A DNA stretch of 64,000 nt from Octopus vulgaris (GCA_951406725.2 OX597819.1:40610001-40674000), one strand, 5' to 3'. Numbered from the stretch's first letter, positions 46,961 through 60,631 are shown. Numbers and translations: made by a program. The notes: generated by a model not told the origin, from the letters alone.

Positions 46961-49071
46961 GCTATCAAAGAAATGTTTATCTATAGGTTAAAATTCCTTG
47001 CTAAACCACACAAGATAATCTGCTGAGGTATATGAAATTTATTTCCCCATTATTTTTTTTTTATAAAAAGCGTGACTATAAATTGAACTTCCAATTTCTT
47101 TTACGTATGATAACCTTTCACAAACAAACCGTGACAGAATTCTAATCTAATCTTAATCCAATAACTATACTAATTATCAACACTAAATCTACTCTCAGCT
47201 TTTATTTACATCTCTAAACTTTTAACCCGATACTATCGTTTAACATTAATTCGGCCTAATGCGACTCAGTCCCAGCTCCCACTTCAGTTGTCGTCAGAAC
47301 ATAAGATTTTACATATAAGAAAAGTTAACTTGGCTGAGATTAATAAAGCATCATAACAGTTACCAAAGTCTTGGATAATAGAAGATGATATAGCTGGAAG
47401 AAAAGAAACGGAAAAAAAAAGATTTATGATTTGGTAATAAATTTTACAGTGGTAAATTTTGTTCTTACACCGGTATTATACAACAAACCGGAAATAATAT
47501 GGCAGTCGATCTAACAAGCTGTTATGTTTATGTTGATGCTTACACTTTAAACTGGGATTTTATCGCTTCCCCCAGGTATTTTACATAATTCTGATAACTG
47601 TATTATTTTTCTGAAGCGATTAGAATACTCGTAGATTCTTATTGTCGTAAAAACATTTTTGATTTTCGTCATTTTTATATTAAAAAAAAAAGGGGTAAAC
47701 ATCGGTGTTAACATTTGTTCGTTCCTCATTTTCGTAATTAATCTTTTCATAACATTTCAAGTATAATCCTGTAAATAAATTTAGCTGAAATTATTGAGAG
47801 GAACAAACAGACAATAGATCCGATATTTATTTAAGTTTTTAACCTAATGCATAAATTGTGAGTTTTTTTATAGCTTTTTATCACTGCTTTCACCTATTAA
47901 TTTTACTTTTGTTTATTATTATATCCGCCTAGCCAGAACAGTAATTGTTGCTCTCGAGTATTTTCATTTTATTATAGTTTTATGTCAAAAGACAACTTTA
48001 CACCAGTGAGAAATGCTATAAAATATTTAGAAGTAACATTTTGATTTATTTTATAGTTTTCTGAAAAATAGAAAAAGTAATATTTCTAAAAAGTTTAAGA
48101 ACATAAATGTTATTTTACTGTTAAACATATATTTTCCAAAATTAACGTTTTTTTCCCCCACCTCTGCTCATCTGGTTGTTGTCGATCAACTTGTTCGCAG
48201 GCATGGTTGAGAAATTCGGTTCGTAACTAAATGGTGTTGGGTTCAATCCTGGAGTTAATCAAAGCTTTTTGAATTAAATTTAGTAGACGGAAGTCCCGAG
48301 GAAGCTTGTAAGGGATCCGTTCCTGTTTTGGCTAGTAAATCTAATCAGTTTATCTGCTCTAACACCACCATCTGCTCCTTGGGTGCATTTAGCGGGTTTA
48401 GTCTATTGCGAGCACTCAGGTCAGGTATCCGGTCAGGGATAATTTTATTCCACAAGTCTCCGTGGCCCTGAAAAGTTTCATGGATGCTGCCCTTCCTCCT
48501 TTGATGAAGTATCTAAAAAGAAAACGACCCCGAATGATCAGAAAATGGCTCTCAATGCCGCTGTAAACGGAATCTACGTCTACAGATGCAGTTGTTTAGC
48601 TTCGGGTGAGATGTGCCCGGCCAGGCCTATCATAGGCATTCTAACCACATCCACCCCGTTTTCGCTATGCACTGTATATACGCAACTCTACATTACCTAC
48701 TGTCTCTTCTTCTAAAATGGTATGATGTAATTTGAAGACGATTTGGCTGTTATTATTAGTACTTGAGCGACCATGCTGAAGCTCTTTGGCAACTTATATG
48801 AGAGAGAGGGAAATTATATAAGTTTGCACTCATGTAAAACAACAAAAAACCTTTATATCGCTAATAGAAAACTATAATGTCATGCTAAAAGTTGCGTGTT
48901 TTTATTTTTGTTATTTAGTTATTAACAATTTTTAAAATTTATGGATCAATGAAGGTTATTTCAGTGTTACATTGACTTGCATTTCAGAATTTAAAGTATA
49001 CCTACACAATTGTGTCCCACCACCACTTTTGTTTTCTCATAACTTTCAGAGAAATGAATATTTTTCGAAGC

Positions 49072-49568
49072 GGAATCCTGCTCCAAGCACCCCATATAAC
49101 CTCTTACATCTTCTTTATTTTGGGGAATTTTCAGAATTTTTTTGTTGCGAATTTGTCTTCTACACCCAGGAATTCATCAGAGTATGCAAAAACCGGAAAA
49201 AAAAATTATGTGATTTAAATGCTATTTAGCTGTTATATTTTTAAGCACATCTCACGACCACCTGATACCTTCGTTTGTTTGTCACTCTGACGTATTTTAT
49301 GCTTTTCAATATGTTTCTTCTCATAAAGACATTTAATGTTCTGTTGCTGGGATTTGAGCAAAGAATTCGGACTGGCTGTATTTTAAACTGATTAAAAAAA
49401 AAATTCGAAAACTTTAAAATAATTTTTAATTTCGAAAAGTTAAAGAAAAAAAATTCATAGTCGTATGAACTCACATGTGGAGAGAGCAAATTCGCAAAAC
49501 TTTTCTGAAAACTCCAAAAATCAAAAAAGTTACGAGGGGTTATATGGGGTGCTTAAAGCAGAATTCTG
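49072..49568. mobile_element. Fold-back MITE with ~80-bp imperfect TIRs; related copy at ~51235-51740
   Basis: aagcaccccatataacctc...aattttcagaa versus ttctgaaaact...gaggggttatatggggtgctt. Confidence 0.7.
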
Positions 49569-50128
49569 CTGATTCCGATTATATCGGAATTTGGTTTGAA
49601 AAATGATTTTGTTGGGAGAGGAATTTCGGAAAATTTACACGAGTCGGTTTTATTTCCTCTTAACTTTCAGAAAAATGGTTATTTTGTTTTATTTTTTTAA
49701 AGAAAATTTGTACAAATACCTTTCAGGGTGTGTACACGGAATTTAACACGGAGAAATAATTTCGAAAACAATTGTGATGTGTGTCAGGATATATGTGTGT
49801 GTCCACCATTTCACTCCACATTAAATACTGGATATAATCATAATCTACACACTCTGCAAGATATTTGTAGAAAATTTCATGTCTCCCCCGCCATATTTCT
49901 GAAAGTTATGAGGGAACAGAGTCGACCTCGTGTGGATTTTCCGAAACTCCCCTCGGAAAAGTTTTTCACAACAAATTCCGATATAATTGGAATTTACACC
50001 ATCTGAGGCGTACTTGTAGAAAATTTCATTAAAAAAATATCCATTTTTCTGAAAGTCATGAGGAAACAAAGTCAGTGTGGGTCACACTTGTATAGGTAGG
50101 CCGAAAATAACTAGGCATTCCTCTAGAG

Positions 50129-50445
50129 CAGTGGTACTCAACCGAGGTCCATATGGCTCCTGGGGGTCCACGCAACAAAATAGTAATTTAGGGATCCACA
50201 ATAGTATTTTAAGGGCCCTTGGAAAAATTTTGCTTTGGATGTATGTATTGCAAGAAACTGAGGTTTCTTTCTCTAACATTTTACATAGTTCAACCTACAC
50301 AAATTAATGTGCGAAAAACAAAATAGAAATTTTGAAAGAGGATTCTATAAAACTAGTTTTTAAACATCGAATGGCTATGGGGTGTCCACCAGAATAAAAT
50401 AGTAATCAAAGGGGTCCATAGATTAAAAATGGCTGAGAACACCTG
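50129..50445. mobile_element. hAT (Charlie-type) MITE
   Basis: CAGTGGTACTCAACC...GGCTGAGAACACCTG with 8-bp TSD ctctagag/ttctagag. A right-end fragment of the same family lies at ~17578-17618. Confidence 0.85.
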
Positions 50446-52851
50446 TTCTAGAGTAATTATAATTTATTAATCGATGAATATTTTAGAGCTGGATATATTC
50501 CAATCTGATATCGTTTGACGATTGCATCGTGATAGAATTATTACAGCTTTAAAAGCAAAAGTGAATATAACAAAGCGTATGTATGTTTTTAATGACTCTA
50601 CAGCGATGCAAATGAATAAATATTTAAATTTCTTTCCGGGCTATAAATCTCGTCTATAAGTGTGCATAAGCTAATGGTTAGGATGTTGGGTTGACGAACA
50701 TTATGTCGTGGGTGTGGTCCCTGGACGGTGCAGTATTTTGTGGCCTTCAGCAAGGCACATTATTTCACGCCATTCCAGTCTATTCAGCTGAAAATGAGCA
50801 CCGGCTTGATGTGGTACATCACTTCTTTCCATCAGCTCTCATATCCTCTATGTTCTGCTGGACCAAGAAGCAGCAGAGTCGAGAGGGTTGTCTGTGTCGG
50901 CTTGCTTTCTGCAGAAGTACTTAAAACAATCGGCGAAAATACGTTTCCCATGCCATACACGCTTGCGAATGACGGCTATCTTTTTTGTCTTTTTCCTATT
51001 TCAATCGTTGGATTGCGGCCGTGCTGGGGACACCGCATTGAAGGGTTTAGTCGACCCTTGTTCCTGTTTCTTTTTTTTTAAGCCTGGTACATATTCTGTT
51101 GGGCTCTTTTGCCGAACAGCTAAGTTATGGGGACATAAACAAACCAACACACATTCACGAAGGGCTTCTTTTAGTTTCTGTCTATCAAATCCACTCTACA
51201 AAGCTTTGGTCGACCCCAGTAGAAGATATTTGGGCGGAATTCTGGTTTAAGCACTTTTTTGGAATTTTCAGAAAAGTTTAGCGAATTTGTATTTTATACA
51301 CGGAAATTCATACGATTATAAAATACAAAAAAATTTGTGATTTAAGGGCGATTTAGCTGTTGTTTTTAGCATATCACATGACCACCTGATACCTTTCTCA
51401 TTTGTTTGTCAGTCTGAGACAAATATATTTTCATGTTTTTCATTACTTTTCTCCCCATAAACACATTTATTGGTCCATTGTTGGGATTTAAGCCAAAGAT
51501 TCGCACTGATCTAAAAACCGATTTTTAAAAGAATTCGAAAGAGTGGGAATTTTAGGATTTAGTGGGTGGGCCAAGGGATTAAAAATGAAAAAAAAAATCA
51601 AAAACGTTTTTTTTTTTTTTCATAATTGCATGACTTGCCGTGCGTAGAACACAAATTTGCAAAAATTTTCTGAAAATTCCAAAAAAATAATATAAAGGTT
51701 ATGAGGGGTTATAATAGGGTGCTTAAACCAGATTTCAGCCTAGGGTGGTGCGCAGTGGGACTTGGGAAGCAAGTTTCTCAGCCACACTTGCGCTTATGCA
51801 TTTTTTTTTCTTGTAAAATCTCGTCTGTAGAAATGTAAAATAAAATGCATAAGAGTAAATGGGAAATATTGAAATATTAAAGTTTTGGAAGGGAACATCT
51901 ATGTCCCCTGGCATGATGTAATAAATGAAGGATCCGTGGCATGCCTCTTTATTTTCATTAGCGATCCCTTATCTCTTTTTGTTGCCATTTTCTTGTTGCT
52001 TGCTTTTACAAATTGTCCATCATTGAATTGTTCTGGATCTTTTGAATATTTATTTCTATGTACTCAAGTGAAATGTTTCATAAAGTATTGATGTACCACT
52101 TGTAAACAGAAAAGAAAAAAAAATTCCATATTTTATATATGTTAGCAGTTCGAAAAATCATAACCATGTGAATCTTATTTCTTTCCTTTTATCTCTCACA
52201 TGTTTCAGTCATTAGGCTGCGGCCATACTGGGGCACCGCCTTAAAGAAATTTTGGTTAATATAGGGCGTAACAAATATCAGGGGCCTGAAGCCTTCAAAG
52301 GGATGTTTAGCATCTAAGTTCCTGAGGAAAAGCCTAATTTGTGATTTCAAAAGGATTATATTTTCCTCAAACTTGCGAGGGAAAAACTCGGATTTTGTGA
52401 ATCTTGTGAACTTTTCGAAGTCCTCTCCCCATCCCCTCAGAAAATATTTTCCCTTCAAATTTCTTTATTATCGTAATCTATACCGTTTGAAAGGTATTTA
52501 TTTAAAATTTAATTTAAAAAAACCCCATTTTCCTAGAAGTTATGAGGGAAAAAACATCGGATCCTGTGAATTTTCCGAAGGCCTCTCCCCACTCTCTGTT
52601 CCTTTCCGGGCATTTTTGTTTGCATAATCGTTTCCTACACCTTTTCTTTTTACATCCGTTGCACTATTTTTTAAAAGTTTGACTTTCTTTCCGGGTAATA
52701 ATGTAAACATTAACCAAAAAGAAAAAAAAGAAAGAAATCTTATATTAATTTTTCATTCGTTTCATCCAGAAAATCGTTAGGGTGAGAGGATTAACGACAT
52801 CAGTGCTATATTTGCGTATATAAAATATATTTAGTTCGCATTAGGAGTCTA

Positions 52852-53261
52852 GGATCTTTTCTGTTTGAACGGCAGTTTTTTCTAGCAGTGTCATATGAAA
52901 TTGTCACCCATAATTATGACCCTAGTATCGATCTATTGCATTTCAATTTGTTTTAGGGTTAGTGGTGGGGGGAAGGGTATCTTTTTTCTTCACAAATGTA
53001 AATAAACGCAATCTGTTTCTTAAACGAGGGACATATTCATACGGCACAGAATGTTTTCACCTCAATAGACGTCAGTGATTGGTTGAAATTGCAGAAATTG
53101 AAGAAAAAGAACAACAAATATCTTATAAACTATAGAATTTTCTCCATAAAGCCAAGAGAAAAAGATGTTTTATAAACACATTCTACTAGTATACGAAGTT
53201 TAAAAGTGTTTAGTTACGTGGAAATTATTTTAAGAAACTGCTGGTCAAACTGAAAAGATCC
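52852..53261 (+). mobile_element. GGATCTTTTC-family TIR element, complete
   Basis: Both TIRs present. Confidence 0.88.
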
Positions 53262-53496
53262 TAGTTAAACTCAACTCAAAAACGTATATATACAAATAAT
53301 TACTTTTTCTCAAGTTACATATAACTACAATGAATGACAAAATTATTTGACAGAACTATCATTAATTTTCTTAAATTAATATAATAGTATACTGTATGTT
53401 AAAATGACTATCGTGCCTATCCCACAATGTAATTAATTGTCTTAGTGTAAACTCCCTTGCCAAAATAACCACAATTCTAAAACTAACAATAGACTG

Positions 53497-54090
53497 ACAC
53501 ACTGTCGGTTACGACAACCAGTTGATCTGATCAACGGAACAACCTGCTCGTGAAATTAACGTGCAAATGACTGAGAACTTCACAGACAGGCAAACCCTTA
53601 ACATAGTTCTCAGCGTGGTCCAGCGTAACACAGAATGCGACAAAGCTGGCTCTTTGAAATACAGAGAGGTTCAGCATCATCATCATCATCATCATCATTT
53701 AACGTCCGCTTTCCATGCTAGCATGGGTTGGACGGTTTAACTGGGGTCTGGGAAGCCAGAAATCTGCACCAGGCCCAGTCCGATCTGGCAGTGTTTCTAC
53801 AGCTGGATACCCTTCCTAACACCAACCACTCCGTGAGTGTAGTGGGTGCTTTTTACGTGCCAGACGAGGCTGGCAAACGGCCACGATCAGATGGTGCTTT
53901 TTACGTGCCACTGGCATGAGACCAGCTAGCCCTTTGAAAAACAGGTACAACTAAGTTTTGCCAGCTGAGTCGACTGGAGCAACGTAAAATAAAGTGTCTT
54001 GCTCACAAGCACAACGCACCACTGGGAATTGAGCTCATGACCATACGATCGTGAGCCGAATACCCTAACCACTAAACCATGTACTTTCAC
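53497..54090 (-). mobile_element. Third-family SINE split by an RTE tail insertion (~53664-53923)
   Basis: Imperfect ~21-bp TSD agctggctctttgaaatacag / agctagccctttgaaaaacag flanks the RTE tail. Confidence 0.78.
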
Positions 54091-54119
54091 TAAAATCTAA
54101 CAAGATCAAGGAAATTTCA

Positions 54120-54530
54120 GGATCTTTTCGGTTTGAATGGCAGTTTTTTCTAGCGGTGTCATATGAAATTGTCACCCATAATTATAACCCTAGTATCGAT
54201 CTATTACATTTCAATCTGTTTTAGGGTTAGAGGTGGAGGGAAGGGTATCTCTTTTCCTTCAGAAATGTAAATAAACCCAATCTATTTCTTAAACGAGGGA
54301 CATATTCATATGGCACAGAATGTTTTCATCTTAATAGACGTCATTGATTGGTTGAACTTGCAGAAATTGAAGGAAAAAAAACAACAAATATCTTACAAAC
54401 CATAGAATTTTCTCAATAAAGCCAAGAGAAAAAATGTTTTATAAACATATTCTACCAGTATATGAAGTTTAAAAGTGTTTAGTTATGTGGAAATTATTTT
54501 TAAAAACTGCCGTTCAAACCGAAAAGATCC
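54120..54530 (+). mobile_element. GGATCTTTTC-family TIR element, complete
   Basis: ggatcttttcggtttgaatggcag ... ctgccgttcaaaccgaaaagatcc. Confidence 0.9.
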
Positions 54531-55309
54531 TTTAACTATTGGTAAAATAATCTTTTCTAGGTTTTCTTTGTGGTTTTTTAAAATCTCCTCCTTACATTTG
54601 TTTTTCGCCCATTTTTTCCAGTTGTTTAGTCTCCGTTTATCATCAGGTATTAATCACTGAGAAAGCATTATCTTTATGTATGGACACTTATTGTTTTTAT
54701 GCAAATTTTTTTACTTCTGTCTCTATATTTTCTATTCTTTTTCTATCCTTCCTTCATTCCTTCCTTCCTTCGTTTGTTCGTTCGTTGTATAAAGTTCTTC
54801 GGATTTCTATGCTTTGAACTTCAGAAGTTCAGAAATTATATATATTGCTTTCAAGTTTTGGTACAAGGCCAGCAATTTCGGGTGGGTGGGGAAGGATCAG
54901 TCGATTAGATCGACTCCCAATGCTCAACTGGCACTTATTTATCGACCTCAAAAGGATGAAAGGCAAAGACGGACGAAATGCCACTAAACATTTTGCCCAC
55001 TGGGCAAATATTCTGCCATTTTGCTATCTTAAGTTCAAAAAGTATATATATCTCTATAAAAACAGAAGACAGTTATGATTTTGTAATTAGCATGAATAAA
55101 GAAAGAAAAAAAGACCTACAGAAATTTTCAAAAATAAATCGGATCTGGTGTTTCAAACCGAAAAGGTAGAACAACAACAATAATAATACATTAATTAAAA
55201 GAAACATCATTAAAGATTTTAAATTATTAAAGGATTTAGAATGTAATCAGTCTTAATAAGCAGAAACTGTTGAGGTTTAGATTTTTTTTGAGTTGCAGTA
55301 GTTTTTTTC

Positions 55310-55715
55310 TTTTTACTCTTTTACTTGTTTCAGTCATTTGACTGTGGCCATGCTGGAGCACCGTCTTTAGTTGAGCAAATCGACCCCATGACTTATTCTT
55401 TGTAAGTCTAGTACTTATTCTATCAGTCACTTTTGCCGAACCGCTAAGTTACGGGGACGTAAACACACCAGCATCGGTTGTCAAGCAATGTTGGAGTGGG
55501 GGATAAACACAGACACACAAACATATACACACATATACATATATATATGCATATATACGACAGGCTTCTTTCAGTTTCCGTCTGCCAAATCCACTCACAA
55601 GTCTTTGGTCGGCCCGAGGCTATAGTAGAAGACACTTGCCCAAGGTGCCAGGCAGTGGGACTGAATCTGGAACCATGTGGTTTGTAAGCAAGCTACTTAC
55701 CACACAGCCACTCCT
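55310..55715 (-). mobile_element. Near full-length tRNA-derived SINE
   Basis: Collinear with 15715-16118; a plus-strand head fragment follows at ~55915-56065. Confidence 0.92.
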
Positions 55716-56108
55716 ACAAATATATTTAGTTTGCATTTGAAGTGTGTAAATATATTTTGTTTACGTTTGAAAGCATTGGTTGTTTCATTTTTTTCTGAAA
55801 ATTAAAAATACTGTTGTTTCACTTTCAATTTATTGAGGATGAAAATATTACAAATGCAAATTGAATATAAGATCAGTCAAAAACGAAATGGCTTTTTAAA
55901 AACAAATTACAATAGGTGCTGGTTGGCTGTGTGGTTAGAAGTTTTTTTCTCACATGGTTCCAGGTTCAGTTCCACTATGTGGCACTTTAGGTAAGTGTCT
56001 TCTACTATAGATCCAGGCTGACCAAAGCCTTGTGAGTGGATTTGGTAGACAGAAACTGAAAGGAGCCAATCATATATTCCGTGTTGTTAACAAGGGAAAA
56101 ATATACAC

Positions 56109-56142
<34 letters not shown>

Positions 56143-56296
56143 CCTTTCTGTGGAAGAGCATAGGCTTGAAACATAAAAGACTTTTTCAATCCCCGAGCGT
56201 TATACTAATACATCTGTTTGTTTTCTACACAACCTGTCTTGGTCTTTTGTTTTTTTTCGTGAATTCTCTCCCTGTATATATATATTTATAAAAGTA

Positions 56297-57096
56297 TTAG
56301 CTGGTTTTACGCAGTAATTCCCAAGGGTAAAGATATTCTATTGAAACGCCTTATTTACTCTGATATAAGAAAGCAATTTTGTTATAACTGTCACAAAAGG
56401 TGTATTTTCCATCACTAAAAAGTACAAAAAAAATCAGCTGGAGGAGGGGGAAATTGTTGGAGGTTGGCGAGAGGCAAAGACATTATTCTGCTTAGCGAAG
56501 GCATCTGGGAAATGTATAACTAACTGCTGTCATTCACAGAAAAGCTATTGTTTTACTGTGAGAAAAGAGCTGTTGAAGTGTTAAATGAAATTTGACAATC
56601 GAGGATCAAATCCCATGCTATGCCTGCATGAAGCCACTACAAATATGTTGTGGAATAAATAATTTATTTTCTGTCTTGGAAAAACTGTAACTGTAAAAAT
56701 GCAGAATTATCGGAGTAATGGGTGTTCAAAAAGTATGTATGTATAGAAATGCATGAATGAAGTCTTTAATGTTTGAGATTCAAATTAAGGAAGTGCAATA
56801 ACAATGTTTAGCTGTTTAAAACTGAGTAGTGAAATGCAGAATTAGATATTGATCACTTCACTAAAATTTGCAGGTGATATGGGTTATTTCCCTTGGGTTG
56901 TTTAAATAAAATATTAGTAATATGTAGTAGATAGAAGGATCCATTGCAAGGGCCCTATTATCGATTGTTTTTAAAGATCTAAGTATGCCACGAGGTTTCT
57001 AGACATGAGTTCTACTCAAGTGTCAAGTTTCATCAAAATTAATAAAATGATGTAGGAGTTAACTAACACACACCAATTTTCCACATATGTAGTAGA
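56297..57096 (-). mobile_element. Non-autonomous Helitron (800 bp)
   Basis: Minus strand A|TCTACTACATATGTGGAAAA ... ccagCTAA|T; homologous to 61424-63258. Confidence 0.78.
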
Positions 57097-57146
<50 letters not shown>

Positions 57147-57689
57147 ATGTATGTGTGTGTGTGTCTTTGTGTTTACCTCCCACTACTACTTGGCAACTAG
57201 TGGTGGTTTGTTTACATCCTTGTAACTTAGTAGTTTGGCAAAACGAGATGAATAGAATAAATATTAGGCTTAAAAAAAGTACTGGGGTTGATGTGTTTAA
57301 CTAAGCCCTTCAAAGCAGTGTCTCAGCATGGCCACAGGTTTGTGACTGGAGCAAGTAATGAAAGATAAAAGATAATTTAATCTGACGTCTAGCCATGTAC
57401 CCCATCTTCAGCAAGAAGCTTGTTTTGCTGTGGCCCATACTTTAGCCCTCTCTACCCCTTATTCTTCTAGTATAAAGTTCTCCTTCCCTACTTGTGGTTT
57501 GTAGTCTCGCAAGATGTAAGGCAACCTCATTAGTGATGATGGCATGAAAAAGGCACTGAATACACTTTGTATAGTTGTTGGTGTCCTTAGACCCATGTGA
57601 TCCCATCAAACTGTCCAACCTTTGCCAGCATGGAACATGAGTGTTAAATGATGATGATGATGATGTCTCCTTCAAAATAGTCCCATTTA

Positions 57690-58115
57690 TACACTACTCC
57701 CAATATTTTGGAATGCATTTTCAGGGATGACAAGCAGTTTCCTTACTGATTTTTTTCACTATCATCTATCATCTGAAATTGGTGACCTTTCAGAGTGGAT
57801 GGGTGTGATTCCAACTTTAAGAGAAAAAAAGGAAAAGTCCACAGCAGTCCTTATTCAGCGAGCAGGACTGGAGTCATTACTTGCTTTGCCAAGAAGTCAT
57901 GGATAAGGAGTGATTTGTGAACAGGTGCATTGTTGCGATGAAGCACCTGAGTTTTGTTTGTCCATGCTTCAGTTCTCTTCCTTCAAATGGCCTTTCTCAA
58001 ACACTTCAGGACATCTAAGTAAAATGCTTTATTGATTGTCTGACCTTGTGGAACAAACTCACAAGGAATGATAACCTTCCAATCAGAAAAAGAAAATCAT
58101 CACATTTGAGTGACT
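57690..58115 (-). mobile_element. Highly degenerate mariner transposase remnant
   Basis: Reverse strand contains LHRNNAPVH and a Y-SPA--N--LWTF-like segment. Confidence 0.55.
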
Positions 58116-58904
58116 TTGATGTCATCATCGGCAGTGGCATCCGTCCGTCTCGAGAGATGATGGTGTAGCTTGGAAAAGGTGGTTGAGCTACAAGGCCTGG
58201 GCAGGTTTGTATGAGGGATCAGCTGTTGCCCACACAGTTTGATCCCCCCTCTCCATGCAGCTGGTAGCTCCAAGGGAACGACGGGTCAATACAGCTTTGT
58301 ACCAGATGCGTCGCAGGGGTTGCCGGTGATGACGTGTTGTGTCAGGCCGCCTTAGGAACTCCAGTGGAAGCTTATCTCCTGCTACCACTCCCGGCTATGA
58401 CAGCCTTTTTAATCACTGTGATTATGATCCAACCCACTGGCTGCCCTTTTGAACAAATGAACAAATGCTGAACCATGATCAGAGGCAGCCAGCCATGAAT
58501 ATCCCATTAAAAGAAAAAAAAAAATTCATATATCTAGGCCAGCCATGCTTTTCATTTTTTTATATGATTGTAGGATAGCTTCTATTTCTAACAAGTTATG
58601 TGACCTTGTACGGGCTCTCATGGTGATTCATCTTCCTAACATTTTAGAGTAAATCTCCCTCAAACTATATCCTGTCATCTTTAAAAGGGAAAGTTGACTT
58701 GTTGAATATAGTCCTAGAAACCCTTAAATAGACTGGATGTCCATGGCTGGAATGCCTGTGATTATAAGTCTGATCAGCCCAGATTGACCTGGCATGTACA
58801 GCAATAGTTTATTGAGGTATTCTTACATCAGAGATTTTGTGAACTGTCATTTACTTGTTTTTAATGTTGACAAAACAGGTTTCCAATTTTACTTTTTATC
58901 TTCT

Positions 58905-59265
58905 AGTTATTTCAGTCATTTGACTGTGGCCATGCTGGGGCACTGCTCTGAAGGCTTTAGCTGAACAAATCAACCTTAATATTTATATTTTTAAGTCAGT
59001 TTCTTTTGCCAAACTACTAAGTTACAGGGATGTAAACAAACCAAAACCGGTTGTCAAGTGGTAGCGGGACAAACACAGAAACACATGCACGCGTGCGCAC
59101 ACACACAGTGGGCTTCCACACAGTTTCTGTCTGCCACATTCACTCAGAAGGCATGGGTTGCCTGATGCTATAGTAGAAGACACATGCCCGAGGTGCTGCC
59201 CAGTGGGACTGAACCTGAAACCATGTGGTTGTAAAACGAGCTTCTTATCATACAGTCATGCCTGT
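58905..59265 (-). mobile_element. Older tRNA-derived SINE copy
   Basis: tttcagtcatttgactgtggccatgctgg...gggactgaacc. Confidence 0.82.
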
Positions 59266-59551
59266 ATTTTGTGAATTTCTTTTGTTTCTTGTTTAACTAT
59301 ACAACAGGACAAGCTATTGGATATGCCTCATTTATTAGATAATGCTCTATTAACTGTGTGTGTCCTAATTAACTGAAAGGCAAATTATTCATGTGAGTTC
59401 ATAGGTTTTTTTTTTGCTCTGGGATTGTTTTCATGTGCTTATTGTTTTAAATGTTTTTTGTAAAATAGTTTAGTATACATGTATTTCTGTGTATTTGTAT
59501 ATGTATGCATATGTCCATATGTGCTTGTTTTGTGAGTGTATCCTTACATGC

Positions 59552-59582
<31 letters not shown>

Positions 59583-60321
59583 CACACACACACACACACA
59601 CAATTGTTGCAACACAGTTGTTTTCATTTGTAAAATATCTAATTGAAGCAAAGAATAATTGTTTTAACTGATTTGATTACTTGAACTAGTTTTATTTTTT
59701 CTTTAGGAAGACAAGTGCAAGACCCTTATTTATCTATTCAATTCAACATTGCTGTTTAGATTCAGTTCAACCCTGCTACAACTGGCCTGTAATTGACCCT
59801 GATTTAGGAGGCCTATGTACATTCCAACACCATCTTATCTCTTATTCAAGCATGGCCATAGTCAAATGACTGAAACAAGTAAAAGAGTTAGAGTACACTG
59901 GACAAAATGCTTGGTGGCATTTTGTCCATCTTCATTTTGTCCATCTTCACATTCTGAGTTCAAATTCAACTTTGCTTTTCATCCTTTCAGGGTCAATAAA
60001 ATAAGCACTAGTTGAGTACTGGGGTTGATGTAAATGACTTACCCCTTGACCCCTAAAGTGCTGGTCTTGTGCCAGTATTTGAAACCAAAATTTTATTATT
60101 AGTTACAGTTATTGTGTCTAGTGGACTTATGCTTATCCGGCTCCCTATCCTACAACACTCAATCTCCCATCTATAATATGGCCCACATTAGATGCAGGGC
60201 AATATTTTGCCATGTATAGAAATAAAAAAATGTGTATTTTATATGCTAGCAAATATAATAATTTTTTTAAAACTTTTTTTTGCAGATTTAGTGTTGTATA
60301 GAAAGCAAGAGAGCTGGAAGA

Positions 60322-60460
60322 ATGACGCTAGATCTGCATACTGTGAAAGAAGACTTTGCTGTTATGGTCCAGAAGGTGCAACCATGGACATTATCACAGT
60401 TTGTAATGTGGTTAGATTTGAAAGTTGCTGAATATAAAGTCCATGGCTACATGATTTTGG
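60322..60460 (+). CDS. First coding exon of an unidentified protein (MTLDLHTVKEDFAVMVQKVQPWTLSQFVMWLDLKVAEYKVHGYMIL|G)
   Basis: Strong acceptor ttttttttgcag at 60285 and donor TGG|gtgagt at 60461. In-frame stop upstream of the ATG, non-repetitive sequence, amphipathic-looking peptide. Not the frame given in the ORF track. Confidence 0.7.
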
Positions 60461-60631
60461 GTGAGTAAGGATTTTATTGCCAGATTCATATTTATTTAAT
60501 TAATCTTTTAATAAGAGACTATGTTTTGAGGGTGTCTTGTCTTCATGTTGAGTTTGCAGGGTGGTGGGGAAAGATTGGTAAAAAACAGAGCTGTGATGTA
60601 AATGTTCATTACAGGTTCCTTTATTTTATAT

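Noticed and set aside
60192-60431. 79-aa ORF from the track
   Set aside because: It starts in intron-like poly-T sequence and crosses the acceptor; the frame starting at 60322 fits the splice signals better.
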